Notes: generated by a model not told the origin, from the sequence alone. Positions 1 through 10,090 are shown, counted from the stretch's first letter. The stretch is 64,000 bases of DNA from Alphaproteobacteria bacterium (GCA_040216735.1 JAVJOO010000002.1:149118-213117), one strand, 5' to 3'. Made by a program: numbers and translations.

Positions 1-805
1 GTCGGCCAGCATCATGGGGTTGCTCACGCTGTCGATCAGCCTGGGCGCGGCGATGGCGCCGCTGATCGGCGGCCAGCTTGCCGCGCATTTCGGTTGGACC
101 GCAGGGTTCTGGCTTCTCGCAGCGCTCGGCGCGATTCCGGTGGCGCTCGGTATCTTCCGGCTGTCCGAGACCAACCGTTACGTCGGCCGCCCGATGAGCG
201 TGCTGCGCATCGCCGGCGATCTGCGCCGGTTGTGCGCCTACCCGCCCTATCTCGGCTACTGCCTGAGTGTGGGCGCGATGAACGGGATGTTCTTCGTCTT
301 CCTCGGCTCCGCGCCGTTCGTGTTGATCGAACACCTCGGGATGCGGCCCGATACCTTCGGCGTCTCCATGCTGGTGATGGTCGCGGGGTCGTTGATCGGG
401 GCCGCGGTGGCGGCGCGCTACGGCGCGCGGCCCTGGGGCCCGCGGTTGTTGAGCGTGGGCACGCTCTGTTCCCTGACCGGCGGCAGCGTCATCCTCGCGC
501 TGGGCCTCGCCGGTCTGACCTCGATCGCGGGCGTGATCGTCCCGCTGTTCTTGGTTGGGCTCGGCAACGGCGGGATGATGCCGATCGCCGCCGCCCGCGC
601 CGTCGGCCTCGCGCCCAAACTGGCCGGCACCGCCTCGGCCGGGTTCGGCGCCATCCAACTAACCGGCGGGGCGATCGGTACCGTCGTCGCCGGGTTGTTG
701 CCGCACGCGAGCCAAGGGCCGATGGGGGCGGGCATGGTCGCCTTCGCGCTGTTCGGCCTCGCCAGCACGGCGCTGACCCGCCATCGCGCGGCCCCCACAT
801 TTTGA
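1..805 (+). CDS. MFS transporter (Bcr/CflA-like drug-resistance subfamily), C-terminal part; 5' end outside window
   Basis: ORF 14..805 is entirely hydrophobic helix-type sequence with G-rich turns typical of MFS transporters; no start codon in window, so the gene begins upstream. Confidence 0.75.
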   Translation, partial: SASIMGLLTLSISLGAAMAPLIGGQLAAHFGWTAGFWLLAALGAIPVALGIFRLSETNRYVGRPMSVLRIAGDLRRLCAYPPYLGYCLSVGAMNGMFFVFLGSAPFVLIEHLGMRPDTFGVSMLVMVAGSLIGAAVAARYGARPWGPRLLSVGTLCSLTGGSVILALGLAGLTSIAGVIVPLFLVGLGNGGMMPIAAARAVGLAPKLAGTASAGFGAIQLTGGAIGTVVAGLLPHASQGPMGAGMVAFALFGLASTALTRHRAAPTF

Positions 806-823
806 CGGTACCACCCCCGGGTT

Positions 824-3091
824 GTGGATAACCCCGAAAGTACGGACAATGGCGGCCATGCGACGCTTGCTCCCGACCGTGCCGCAGCCATGAACGACAA
901 CGCGGCCTTTCTTAAACACTTGCTCGACAAGACCGGCGAGGGCTTGGCGGCGATCCAGGACGGCCGCGTCCACTTCGCCAATGCGGCGCTAAACCGTCTG
1001 CTCCGGGTACCGGTCGACGATTCCGTCGTCGGCCAACCGTTGCAGACCTTCGTCCATCCGCGCGACCGCGCCGCGTTGGCGGTATGGCTGGCGGCACCGG
1101 TGCGCGGACCCAACACCCGCCACGTATTGACCCTGCTGCGGGCCGACCACACTGCGCTTGACGCCGAGATCGAAATCTCAAGCTACGATCCGGCCGAACC
1201 CGGCACCGCCTTGATCGTGCTGCGCGACATTTCCGACCGGCGCGCCGCCGAACGCGCGCTGCACGACAGCGAAAACAGCAAGACCGCGATGCTCCAGGCG
1301 ATCCCCGATCTGGTCATCAGCCTATCGGGCGACGGCACGATCCTGGGCTATTCGGCGGGCCGCTACTACCAACCGCACTTCCGCGAGGACGACATCGTCG
1401 GACGCCGGATGCAGGACCTATTCCCCGCGCGCGTCGCCGAACCGGCGCTCACCAACGTGCGCCGCGCACTCGCCACCGGCGAGCCGCAGTTCTTCGAATA
1501 CTGGCTGCGCAACGAAGACGACGGCCGGGTGCAACATTTTGAGGTCCGCATCCTCAAGAGCCAGGAATTCGAAGCGATCGCCATCGCCCGCGACATTTCC
1601 GACCGCAAATTCGCCGAAGAGGCGCTGGCCGACAGCGAGGCACGCTACCGCTCGCTGGTCGAACTCTCGCCCGACGCGATTCTTGTGGTCAGCGACACCA
1701 TCGAATTCGCCAATTCCGGCGCGATGCGGCTGTTCGGCGCGACCCGGCGCAGCGAGTTGGTCGGCAAACCGATCGGCCGCTTCCTCGACCCGGTGTACCA
1801 AGACCTCGCCCGCCAACGGCTCAGCCAATTGCGCGACAGGGGCGGCAGCGTGCCCTTCGTCGAGGAACGCTGGCGGCGCACCGACGAGACCGGTTTCGTG
1901 GCCGAGGTCGCGGGCAGGGCGCTGTCTTACCGCGGTAAGCGCGCGATCCTCATCGTGCTGCGCGACGTCACTGAACGCAAACGCACCCTCGAAGCGCTGC
2001 GCGAGAGCGAAGCCAAGTTCCGCAACCTGGTCGAAGGCTCGCGCCAGGGCGTGTGCATCCACCGCGACTTCAAACCGCTATTCGCCAACCAGGCCTTCGC
2101 CGACATGTTCGGCTTCGACTTCCCCGACGATGTGCTGGCGCTGGAAACCCTGCTGACGATCTTCCTGCCCGCCGAGCGCAAGGAGATCGCCGACAACCTT
2201 GCCGCGCGCGAACGCGGCGAGGCGATGGTCAACATCTACAAACGCCGGGCGCTGCGCCGCGACGGTGCGCGCATCTGGGTCGAAAACCAGCTCAGCGAGG
2301 TCGAGTGGGAGGGCGCGCCCGCGGTCCAGCTCACCGTCCTCGACATCACCGACCGGGTCGGCGCCGAAACGATGAAAAACGACTTCATCTCCACCGTCAG
2401 CCACGAACTGCGCACCCCGCTCACCTCGATCAGCGGCGCGCTCTCGCTGATGGCGGGCGGCATGATCGGCGAGTTGCCCGACGCCGCCAAGGGCCTGGTC
2501 GATATCGCCAACCGCAACGCCGACCGGTTGGTCCGCCTAGTCAACGACATCCTCGATATCGAGCGCATCGAATCGGGCCGCATCGAGATCGACTTCCGCC
2601 CGCTCAACGTGGCCGAGGTGATCGAGGCGGCGGTGGCCGAGAACCGCCCCTATGCCGACAAGTTCGGCATCGCCATCCGGGTCGCCGGCGACATCCCGAC
2701 CGCGCGCATCAACGGCGGTGCCGACCAGCTCCACCAGGTCCTCACCAACCTGCTGTCGAACGCGATCAAGCACTCGCCGCTGCACGGCATGATCGACATT
2801 GGCGCGGCCCGCCAGGGCCAAGGCGGGAGCAGCAGCAGCGTGGTCTTCTCGATCACCGACCACGGCCCCGGCATCCCGCCCGAGTTCCGCGGCAAGGTCT
2901 TCGACAAGTTCACCCAGGCCGACGCGTCCGGCGCCAGCCAAGGCTCAGGCCTGGGCCTGTCGATCTGCAAACTGCTGATCGAGAAACACCAGGGTCAAAT
3001 CGGCTTCACCTCGCGCCCCGGCAACACCACCTTCCACTTCACCCTCCCCGAACTAGACCCCCCCCAAGCCCCCAGGCTGGTCGTCGGCTAA
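824..3091 (+). CDS. PAS-domain sensor histidine kinase (multiple PAS repeats + HisKA + HATPase_c)
   Basis: 755-aa ORF; repeated PAS-like segments (DISDRK, VLRDVTERK); H-box STVSHELRTPLTSI; N/G-box motifs LLSNAIKHSP and GSGLGLSICK; alternative ATG start at 890. Confidence 0.85.
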   Translation: MDNPESTDNGGHATLAPDRAAAMNDNAAFLKHLLDKTGEGLAAIQDGRVHFANAALNRLLRVPVDDSVVGQPLQTFVHPRDRAALAVWLAAPVRGPNTRHVLTLLRADHTALDAEIEISSYDPAEPGTALIVLRDISDRRAAERALHDSENSKTAMLQAIPDLVISLSGDGTILGYSAGRYYQPHFREDDIVGRRMQDLFPARVAEPALTNVRRALATGEPQFFEYWLRNEDDGRVQHFEVRILKSQEFEAIAIARDISDRKFAEEALADSEARYRSLVELSPDAILVVSDTIEFANSGAMRLFGATRRSELVGKPIGRFLDPVYQDLARQRLSQLRDRGGSVPFVEERWRRTDETGFVAEVAGRALSYRGKRAILIVLRDVTERKRTLEALRESEAKFRNLVEGSRQGVCIHRDFKPLFANQAFADMFGFDFPDDVLALETLLTIFLPAERKEIADNLAARERGEAMVNIYKRRALRRDGARIWVENQLSEVEWEGAPAVQLTVLDITDRVGAETMKNDFISTVSHELRTPLTSISGALSLMAGGMIGELPDAAKGLVDIANRNADRLVRLVNDILDIERIESGRIEIDFRPLNVAEVIEAAVAENRPYADKFGIAIRVAGDIPTARINGGADQLHQVLTNLLSNAIKHSPLHGMIDIGAARQGQGGSSSSVVFSITDHGPGIPPEFRGKVFDKFTQADASGASQGSGLGLSICKLLIEKHQGQIGFTSRPGNTTFHFTLPELDPPQAPRLVVG

Positions 3092-3101
3092 AGCCGCCCC
3101 T

Positions 3102-3186
3102 GTCATCCTGAGCGGGGCCGCGCCGGCCCAAGCCGAAGGGCCGTCATCCTGAGCGGGGCCGCGCAGCGGCCCCAGTCGAAGGGCCC
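3102..3186. repeat. Two imperfect tandem copies (~42 nt each) of gtcatcctgagcggggccgcgc...gaagggcc
   Basis: Read directly: identical 22-mer gtcatcctgagcggggccgcgc at 3102 and 3144, both followed by (a/t)cgaagggcc; lies 3' of the histidine kinase stop. Confidence 0.5.
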
Positions 3187-3371
3187 CAAGAGACGCTCAA
3201 TCGGCGCATGAACGATGGCCGCGCACCCCCTCCCCCCATCACATCTCCCGTCCCCGTCATCACAATCCCCGTCCCGCGCTTGATCCCGCGCCGCGCCGTC
3301 CCCATCCCTTCCCCGGATGAGCAACCGGCAGCGGCGGCGCGATGGCAATACCGGCCCCCCAATGGCCAAAC

Positions 3372-3501
3372 CTGAGGATTCCTGCGGCAGTTGGCTTTGT
3401 TTCGGCGTTTTTACCGCGGGCGCGACCCTTTCCCCTTGCGCAGGGGGAGGAGGCGTTAAGCTGAGGAATTCTGCGGGTGTTGGCTTTGTTTCGGCGTTTT
3501 T
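3372..3501. repeat. Two direct copies (41 nt, period 89 nt) of ctgagga(t/at)tc(c)tgcgg(ca/gt)gttggctttgtttcggcgttttt with an intervening short hairpin (ccccttgcgcaggggg)
   Basis: Read directly: copy 1 at 3372-3412, copy 2 at 3461-3501; located between convergent genes, immediately 3' of the minus-strand dehydrogenase gene. Confidence 0.5.
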
Positions 3502-3511
3502 GGCGACGGCC

Positions 3512-4567
3512 CTACAGCGCGGCGATGACGGCCGTCGCCGCCGCCCGGGTGCCCCCTGCGGCGGTGCCGTCGGGGTGCAGGGTGACGGTGCCGGTGGCCA
3601 GCGTGCGCGCGACCGCGGCGCGAATACGCGCCGCGGCGGCGGGCTCGCCCAGCCAGTCGAGCAGCAGCGCGCCCGACAGAATGGTGGCGATCGGGTTGGC
3701 CCGGTCGCTGCCGGCCAGGCCGTTGGCCGAGCCGTGGACCGGTTCGAAGTAGGCCGACGCGTCGCCGATGTTGCCCGAGGGGCCCATGCCCAGGCCGCCC
3801 ACCGTCGCCGCGCCGAGGTCCGAGAGGATGTCGCCGACGAAGTTCTCGGTCACCAGCACATCGAAGGTGCCCGGGCGCTCGATCAGCGCGGCGGCGGCGG
3901 CATCGGCGTAGAGATGGTCGGCCACGATGCCCGGATGGTCGGCGGCGACCGTATCGAAGATCTCGCGGAACAGGGCGAAGCCGCGCAGCACGTTGGCCTT
4001 GTCGACGCAAGTGACGCGGCGCACCCCGTCGGGCGACCCCTGACGCGCGGCGGCGACCGCGAAGGCCTTGCGCACCACGCGCGTAATGCCGGTGCGGCTC
4101 ATCGTCATGTAGTCGGTGACGCCGTCTTCGGTCACGGTGCCCTTGCCGCGGCTGGCGTAGAGGCCCTCGGTGTTCTCGCGCACGATGACGTAGTCGATGC
4201 CGCCCGCCGCGACGCCGCGCAGCGCCGAGGTCACGCCGGGATAAAGCCGCACCGGGCGCACGTTGGCATAGGCGTCGAGGCCGGGGCGCAGGATGCCGCC
4301 CAGAGTGCCGGCCTCGGTGCCGTCGGGGGCGCGCACCGCCGGGTCGCCGACCGGCCCCTTGAGGACGCCGTCGGCGGCGCGGCAGGCGGCCAGCGTCGCG
4401 TCGTCCATCGCTCGGCCCGTTTCCCGGTAATGGCCGGCGCCAGCAACGTGGGGGTCGATGTCCAGGGCAAAGCCGTCCTGCGCTGCCGTGAGGACGGCCA
4501 GCGCGGCGGCGGTGACCTCGGGGCCGATGCCGTCGCCCGCGATGACGACGACGCGGTAGCGGCGCAC
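3512..4567 (-). CDS. Isocitrate/isopropylmalate dehydrogenase family protein (tartrate dehydrogenase / LeuB-like)
   Basis: 351 aa; N-terminal VVVIAGDGIGPEV NAD-binding motif and C-terminal NIGDASAYFEPVHGSA motif typical of the beta-decarboxylating dehydrogenase family. Confidence 0.85.
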   Translation of the reverse strand: MRRYRVVVIAGDGIGPEVTAAALAVLTAAQDGFALDIDPHVAGAGHYRETGRAMDDATLAACRAADGVLKGPVGDPAVRAPDGTEAGTLGGILRPGLDAYANVRPVRLYPGVTSALRGVAAGGIDYVIVRENTEGLYASRGKGTVTEDGVTDYMTMSRTGITRVVRKAFAVAAARQGSPDGVRRVTCVDKANVLRGFALFREIFDTVAADHPGIVADHLYADAAAAALIERPGTFDVLVTENFVGDILSDLGAATVGGLGMGPSGNIGDASAYFEPVHGSANGLAGSDRANPIATILSGALLLDWLGEPAAAARIRAAVARTLATGTVTLHPDGTAAGGTRAAATAVIAAL

Positions 4568-4568
4568 C

Positions 4569-5123
4569 TTAACCTTTGTCGCGGTCTTCGGCGCGCGACG
4601 CGATCACGCCGCCTTCGCGCCAGCCGAAGCAACTGTTCACGAGCGACGGCGCGAAACTGCGGTCGCGCGGTTTGCCGGCGCGCTGGTCGCGGTTGGCGCG
4701 GCCGAACATGCCCTGCATCACCGTGGTGCCGATCTCGGTGAACATTTCGCTCAGGTGGGTGCAGCCCTCGGCGCGGGCGATGCGCTTGAACGCCGCGCGC
4801 ACCCAGCCCGGTCCGATGCGCAGGCCGATCAGCGCCTTGTAGTTGGGCAGCGCGCCGGTGCAGCTGTCGTGCGCCGGCACGTCCATCACCCCTGCGGTAT
4901 CGACGATGGTCAGGCTTTCGTCGAAGGTGAAGCGCAGCCGCATGTCGTGGATCGGGTAGCCTGCGTTCTTGCGCTGGTCGGACGCGAGCACGAGGTCGAA
5001 CGGCTTGGTGTCGACGAGGTGCGCCTCGACATCGAACAGACCGTCGGCGCGCTCGAAGCAGGCGAGGTCGATCGAGCGGTTGTGTAACAGGGTGCGGCTG
5101 GGCGGCGGGGGCAAACCGGGCAT
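4569..5123 (-). CDS. DUF2889 domain protein
   Basis: ORF 4569..5177; internal ATG at 5123 gives ~185 aa; sequence resembles DUF2889 family (recognition from memory, moderate). Confidence 0.6.
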   Translation of the reverse strand: MPGLPPPPSRTLLHNRSIDLACFERADGLFDVEAHLVDTKPFDLVLASDQRKNAGYPIHDMRLRFTFDESLTIVDTAGVMDVPAHDSCTGALPNYKALIGLRIGPGWVRAAFKRIARAEGCTHLSEMFTEIGTTVMQGMFGRANRDQRAGKPRDRSFAPSLVNSCFGWREGGVIASRAEDRDKG

Positions 5124-5224
5124 GGCGTCCTTCGGCCGCGGCAGCCGCGGCGACAAGATATTTGTGGGCAGGACCAAGACCCTATATTCGTGGACCCGGA
5201 ACTGACAAGGACAAGCGTCGCGCC

Positions 5225-5887
5225 ATGCTCCAAGCCGCCATTATTCCGGTCACCCCCTTCGAGCAAAACTGCTCGCTCCTGTGGTGTACCGAGACCATGC
5301 TTGCGGCCGCGGTCGACCCCGGCGGCGACCTCGACCGGATCGACGATGCCATTGCCGCCCAAGGGGTGCGCCTTGAAAAGATCCTCATCACCCACGGCCA
5401 CATCGACCACGCCGGGTGCGCCGGCGCCTTTGCCGAACGCCACGGCGTGCCGATCGAGGGGCCGCACCGCGAAGACCTTTTCTGGATCGCCCAGGCGCGC
5501 GAGTCTGGCCAGCAGTTCGGCCTGACCGACGCGGCCCCCTTCACCCCCGACCGCTGGCTCGTGGACGGCGATACGGTCACGGTGGGCAACCTGACGCTGC
5601 AGGTTCTGCACTGCCCCGGCCACACGCCCGGCCATGTCGTCTTCTACGAGCCCCAATCCAACGTCGCGATCGTCGGCGACGTGCTTTTCCAGGGCTCGAT
5701 CGGCCGCACCGATTTCCCCCGCGGCAATCACGCCGACCTGATCAACGCCATCACGACGAAACTGTGGCCGCTCGGCAATGACGTGACCTTCGTGCCAGGA
5801 CACGGCCCGCTATCGACCTTTGGCGCCGAGCGTAAAAACAACCCCTTCGTCGGCGACGCCGCGCTGGCGGGCACCGACGCCCCCTAA
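5225..5887 (+). CDS. MBL-fold metallo-hydrolase (glyoxalase II-like)
   Basis: ITHGHIDHAGC metal-binding motif plus HCPGHTPGH and GDVLFQGSIGRTD motifs; ATG at 5225 (codon arithmetic from ORF 5162). Confidence 0.85.
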   Translation: MLQAAIIPVTPFEQNCSLLWCTETMLAAAVDPGGDLDRIDDAIAAQGVRLEKILITHGHIDHAGCAGAFAERHGVPIEGPHREDLFWIAQARESGQQFGLTDAAPFTPDRWLVDGDTVTVGNLTLQVLHCPGHTPGHVVFYEPQSNVAIVGDVLFQGSIGRTDFPRGNHADLINAITTKLWPLGNDVTFVPGHGPLSTFGAERKNNPFVGDAALAGTDAP

Positions 5888-5893
5888 GAGCTC

Positions 5894-7345
5894 TCAGCCG
5901 GGCCGGTCGCGCCGCCAATCGGCAAATGCCGCCAAAGCCCGCGCCCGCGCTGCGGCGTGATCGACGATCGGCATCGGATAGTCCCGGCCCAACGCGACCC
6001 CGGCCCGATTCAGAATCTCCGGCGCTGCCTGCCACGGACGGTGGAGATGTTTGGTGGGCAACTCCGCCAGCTCGGGCAACCACCGTCGCAGGTACGCCCC
6101 GTCGGGGTCGAACTTCTCGCTTTGGGTGACCGGGTTGAAGATCCGAAAATACGGCGCCGCGTCCGCGCCGCATCCCGCCACCCACTGCCAGTTGGCCGCG
6201 TTGTTGGCGAGGTCGGCATCGACCAGCGTATCCCAGAACCATTCTTCACCCCGCTGCCAGGGGATCAGCAAGTGTTTGACCAGGAACGAGGCCGCCACCA
6301 TCCGCACACGGTTATGCATCCACCCGGTCCGCCACAACTGGCGCATGCCGGCATCGACCAGCGGATATCCCGTCGCCCCGGTCTGCCAGGCGCGCAGCGC
6401 CGCCGCATCGTCGCGCCACGGGAAGGTTCCATAGTCCGGGCGGAACGGCGCTTCAGGCAGCGACGGCGTGTGGAACAAAAGGTGATGCGAGAAATCGCGC
6501 CACACCAACTGGCGCACGAAGCTTTCGGCGCCGTCGACGGCAGCGGATTGCTGCGCCGCCACCGCGCGAACCCGGGCCGCGCACTGACGCGGACTGATCT
6601 CTCCGAAATGTAAATGGGGCGAAAGTTCCGAGGTCCCGTCGCGCGCGGGCACGTCGCGCAGCGCGCCATAGTCGGCAAGCGCGTTCGTGGCAAAGCGCTC
6701 AAGCCGTTGCCACGCGCCCGCCTCGCCCGGCGTCCAGTGATCGCGCAGGCCGCCCGACCAATCGGGCTGGCGCGGCAACAGTCGCCAATCCTCAAGCGTA
6801 TCGGTGTCGACCGCCGACGCCGGCACCAATACTTTTACTGGGGTGGGCAGCGGCGCTTGGGCGCAAAGCAACGGGAGGATTGCCCGGTAGAACGGCGTGA
6901 AGACCTTGAACGGTGTACCTTGGCCGGTGCGGACCGACTCGGGCTCGCACAACAGGCCACCGCCAAAGCGGCGCACCGCGACGCCGTTCTGCGACAATCG
7001 CTCCTGCAGGCGTCCTTCCTGGGCGGCGGCCCATGGCTCGTACCGCCGGCCGAGATAGACCGCGTCGGCGCCAATACCCGCTGCAACGGCGGCAACGGTC
7101 TTCTCGGTATCGCCGCGGCGCAGGATCAGTCGGCCACCCCGGCCTTCGAGCGCGGCAGCCAGACCTGCGAGGCTATAGTGCAGCCACCAGCGCGACGCGC
7201 CACCGCCTTTCCAAGGGCCGCTGGCGCCGTCATCCAGAACAAAAAGGCATTCCACCGGTCGCCCGGTTGCCACTGCCGCCGATAGAGCCGGATTGTCCGC
7301 CAAGCGCAGATCCCGCCGAAACAAGTAGATAATGGGTGCCGACAC
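5894..7345 (-). CDS. phrB: Deoxyribodipyrimidine photolyase / cryptochrome family (FAD-binding)
   Basis: N-terminal IIYLFRRDLRLADNPAL and C-terminal FAD-binding region (WRDFSHH, TGYPLVDAGMRQLWRTGWMHNRVRM); GTG start at 7345 gives typical N-terminus MSAPIIYLFRRDLRL; an upstream ATG at 7423 is an alternative. Confidence 0.85.
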   Translation of the reverse strand: MSAPIIYLFRRDLRLADNPALSAAVATGRPVECLFVLDDGASGPWKGGGASRWWLHYSLAGLAAALEGRGGRLILRRGDTEKTVAAVAAGIGADAVYLGRRYEPWAAAQEGRLQERLSQNGVAVRRFGGGLLCEPESVRTGQGTPFKVFTPFYRAILPLLCAQAPLPTPVKVLVPASAVDTDTLEDWRLLPRQPDWSGGLRDHWTPGEAGAWQRLERFATNALADYGALRDVPARDGTSELSPHLHFGEISPRQCAARVRAVAAQQSAAVDGAESFVRQLVWRDFSHHLLFHTPSLPEAPFRPDYGTFPWRDDAAALRAWQTGATGYPLVDAGMRQLWRTGWMHNRVRMVAASFLVKHLLIPWQRGEEWFWDTLVDADLANNAANWQWVAGCGADAAPYFRIFNPVTQSEKFDPDGAYLRRWLPELAELPTKHLHRPWQAAPEILNRAGVALGRDYPMPIVDHAAARARALAAFADWRRDRPG

Positions 7346-7421
7346 GCGCGCTCCGGTGCAAGGGGGAGCTCCAATGCGGTACTGTCGGGCCGAAGGCCAC
7401 AACCCGCATAGAAAAAAGATC

Positions 7422-8570
7422 ATGGATACTAACACGACGTCGACCGACGACCTGCGATTGATCCTGGATACCGTCGACCGCTTCGTCGACCGCCATATCC
7501 CGCCCGAAGAATTGCGGCGACGCGACCGCGACCATGTGCCGCCCTTCGATTTGATGCCCGCGCTCGGCGAGGCTGGCCTATTGGGCTTGCCCTTTCCCAC
7601 CGAATACGGCGGCCAGGCATTGCCATGGTCCGTGGTAACACGGGTCGAAGAACGCTTCGGCTACCGCGCTGCGATGTTGGGAACCCTTTACGATACCACC
7701 GTCTGTTTCGGCGGCATGTCGTTGCTCGCCTACGGTAACGACCGCCAACGTGCCGATCTGCTGCCGCGCATGATCCGCGGCGAGGCCCTGTTTGCGCTGG
7801 CCTTGACCGAACCCGGTGCGGGCAGCGACGCCGGCTCCATCCAGACAAGAGCCAAAAAGGTTGAGGGCGGCTGGCACGTCACCGGACGTAAAACTTGGTC
7901 GAGCAACGCCAAACAGGCGACCTATATCGTCACCCCCTGCCGGACCGATCCGGACTCGAGCCGCCACCACGGCATGACGATGATGTTGATACCGCCCGGC
8001 GCACCGGGGGTACACATGACGGAGCTGTCCAAGATCGGCAACGCTGGACTGACCTCGTGGGATATCGGATTGGATAAGGTTTTTGTGCCCGATTCGGATG
8101 TGATGGGCGAGGTCGGTCGCGGGTTCCAGAACCTCATGTCGACGCTGCACTATGCCCGCGCCGGCCTAGCCGCCAGTGCGGTGGGCCAAGCGCAGCAGGC
8201 CGTCGACCTCGCCATCGCCCACGCGCGCGAGCGCATTCAGTTCGACCAACCGATTGCCGGGTTTCAGGTGATCCAGCACCGCATTGCCAACATGCAGATG
8301 CGCGTCGATCAGGCCCGCCTGACGGCCTATCACCTCGCCGACCTGATCGACCGGGGCCAGCCGTGCCGGCGCGAGGCCGCCCAGGCCAAGGTGATTGCCA
8401 CCGAGGCCCTCCACTATGTGGCAGACCATGGCATGCAAATAATGGCTTCAGCTGGCTACGCCTCCGAAAGCGACATGCAGCGGATATGGCGTGACGCGCG
8501 GCTCTACACCTTTGGCGAAGGCTCCAACGAGATCCAACGCAACATCATCGCCCGCGAGCTCGGCCTATGA
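7422..8570 (+). CDS. Acyl-CoA dehydrogenase family protein
   Basis: 382 aa from ATG 7422 (purine-rich stretch gaaaaaagatc upstream); conserved ACAD C-terminus YTFGEGSNEIQRNIIAREL. Confidence 0.85.
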   Translation: MDTNTTSTDDLRLILDTVDRFVDRHIPPEELRRRDRDHVPPFDLMPALGEAGLLGLPFPTEYGGQALPWSVVTRVEERFGYRAAMLGTLYDTTVCFGGMSLLAYGNDRQRADLLPRMIRGEALFALALTEPGAGSDAGSIQTRAKKVEGGWHVTGRKTWSSNAKQATYIVTPCRTDPDSSRHHGMTMMLIPPGAPGVHMTELSKIGNAGLTSWDIGLDKVFVPDSDVMGEVGRGFQNLMSTLHYARAGLAASAVGQAQQAVDLAIAHARERIQFDQPIAGFQVIQHRIANMQMRVDQARLTAYHLADLIDRGQPCRREAAQAKVIATEALHYVADHGMQIMASAGYASESDMQRIWRDARLYTFGEGSNEIQRNIIARELGL

Positions 8571-10090
8571 GCCAAGTCGTTCGCGACTGGGTCGCATTCA
8601 ATGCGCGGCGGCGACCCGATCATCTCGCGCTGGTGGACGTCGGCACCGGGCGGCGGTTCAGCTACGCGGCGATGCATGGGCGAGTAGAACGCGCCGCGCG
8701 ATACCTGGCCGCGATGAAGGTCGGTCGAGGCGACCGGGTCGCAATACTCGCCCGAAATTCGAGCGACCAACTGGAGTTACTGTTTGCCTGCATGCGGCTT
8801 GGCGCTCTCTTTGTGCCGATGAATTGGCGGCTGGCGGCACCGGAGCTGCACTATATCGTCGAGGATGCAGCACCGATCGTTTTGTTTGCGAGCCCGGAGT
8901 TTGCCGCAACGGCTCGCACGATCGTCGCACCGGAGAAGATCGCGACCCTCGATCCGGGGGTCGCGCAGACCGACTACGAATCCGGCCTCGCTGCAGCCGA
9001 CCTCGAAGAAGATCTGCCGGCGCTGTCGCTCAACCACAGCGATCCTTGGATCCTGATCTACACCTCGGGCACCACAGGTCGGCCCAAGGGAGCCATCATC
9101 ACCTACGGAACGACGTTCTATAACTTGGTCAGCCACACGATGTTCACACGCCTGACCAGCGACTCGGCAACGCTGATCTTTGGTCCGTTGTTCCACACCG
9201 GCGCGCTCAGCGCTTACTCGATCCCGTGTATCCACACCGGCGCCACCGTCTACGTGATGCCCAATTTCGATGCGGGCGAAATCAACCGCTGCATCGGCGA
9301 CCCGGCCATGGGGATCACCCACATCAACGGTGCGGTGACGATGTACTTGCTTATTAGTCAGCACGAGTCCTTCGCTCAAGCGGACTATTCCCGTCTGGTG
9401 TGCGCCACGATCAGCGGCGAGTCGGCGCCGATGTCGCTCCTGCGGCGCTATCACGAAGAAAAGAACTTGCCCCTACAGAATATCTACGGCTTGACCGAAT
9501 GCGGGCCTGTTCTAACGGCCCTCGACCGCGATACCGCTGTGAGCAAGATGGGGTCGATTGGGACAACCGCGCTCTATACCGAAATGCGGTTGGTCGGCCC
9601 GGACGGCCGCGACGTCGCGCTCGGGGAAGTCGGCGAGATTTGGGCGCGCGGTCCCAACGTCTCGCCGGGATACTGGAACAATCCCGACAAAACGAAGGAG
9701 GCGTTCGACGGCGACTGGATCAAGACCGGCGACGCTGCAAGGAGCGATGCCGACGGGTTCTACTATCTCATCGATCGTTGGAAGGACATGTATATTTCGG
9801 GAGGAGAGAACGTCTATCCGGCGGAGATCGAGAACGTCCTGTATCAGTTGGACGACATCGCCGAAGCGGCGGTGATCGGCGTGCCCCATGAGCGTTGGGG
9901 CGAATGCGGGCGCGCCATCGTCGTCTTGAAGCCGGGCGCAACGGTGGACGAGGAACATATCGTCGCCCATTGCCGGAGCCAATTGGCCAAGTTCAAAGTG
10001 CCGGCGTCGGTGATGTTCACCGATACGCTGCCCCGCAGCGGCGGCGGCAAGGTCGTCAAACCCGAACTGAAAAGGCGGTTCGGCGCGTAG
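8567..10090 (+). CDS. AMP-dependent synthetase/ligase (acyl-CoA ligase)
   Basis: AMP-binding signature YTSGTTGRPKG; ATG overlaps the upstream stop (ATGA), indicating translational coupling with the acyl-CoA dehydrogenase. Confidence 0.85.
   Translation: MSQVVRDWVAFNARRRPDHLALVDVGTGRRFSYAAMHGRVERAARYLAAMKVGRGDRVAILARNSSDQLELLFACMRLGALFVPMNWRLAAPELHYIVEDAAPIVLFASPEFAATARTIVAPEKIATLDPGVAQTDYESGLAAADLEEDLPALSLNHSDPWILIYTSGTTGRPKGAIITYGTTFYNLVSHTMFTRLTSDSATLIFGPLFHTGALSAYSIPCIHTGATVYVMPNFDAGEINRCIGDPAMGITHINGAVTMYLLISQHESFAQADYSRLVCATISGESAPMSLLRRYHEEKNLPLQNIYGLTECGPVLTALDRDTAVSKMGSIGTTALYTEMRLVGPDGRDVALGEVGEIWARGPNVSPGYWNNPDKTKEAFDGDWIKTGDAARSDADGFYYLIDRWKDMYISGGENVYPAEIENVLYQLDDIAEAAVIGVPHERWGECGRAIVVLKPGATVDEEHIVAHCRSQLAKFKVPASVMFTDTLPRSGGGKVVKPELKRRFGA

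Noticed and set aside
3317-4741. 474-aa plus-strand ORF (and other long ORFs such as 94..831, 2053..3111, 18315..19241, 35646..36065, 44849..45982, 46229..46924, 17002..17556)
   Set aside because: All lie in alternative frames or antisense to well-supported genes. They have extreme Arg/Gly/Ala/Pro composition typical of GC-rich frame shadows and no recognisable domains
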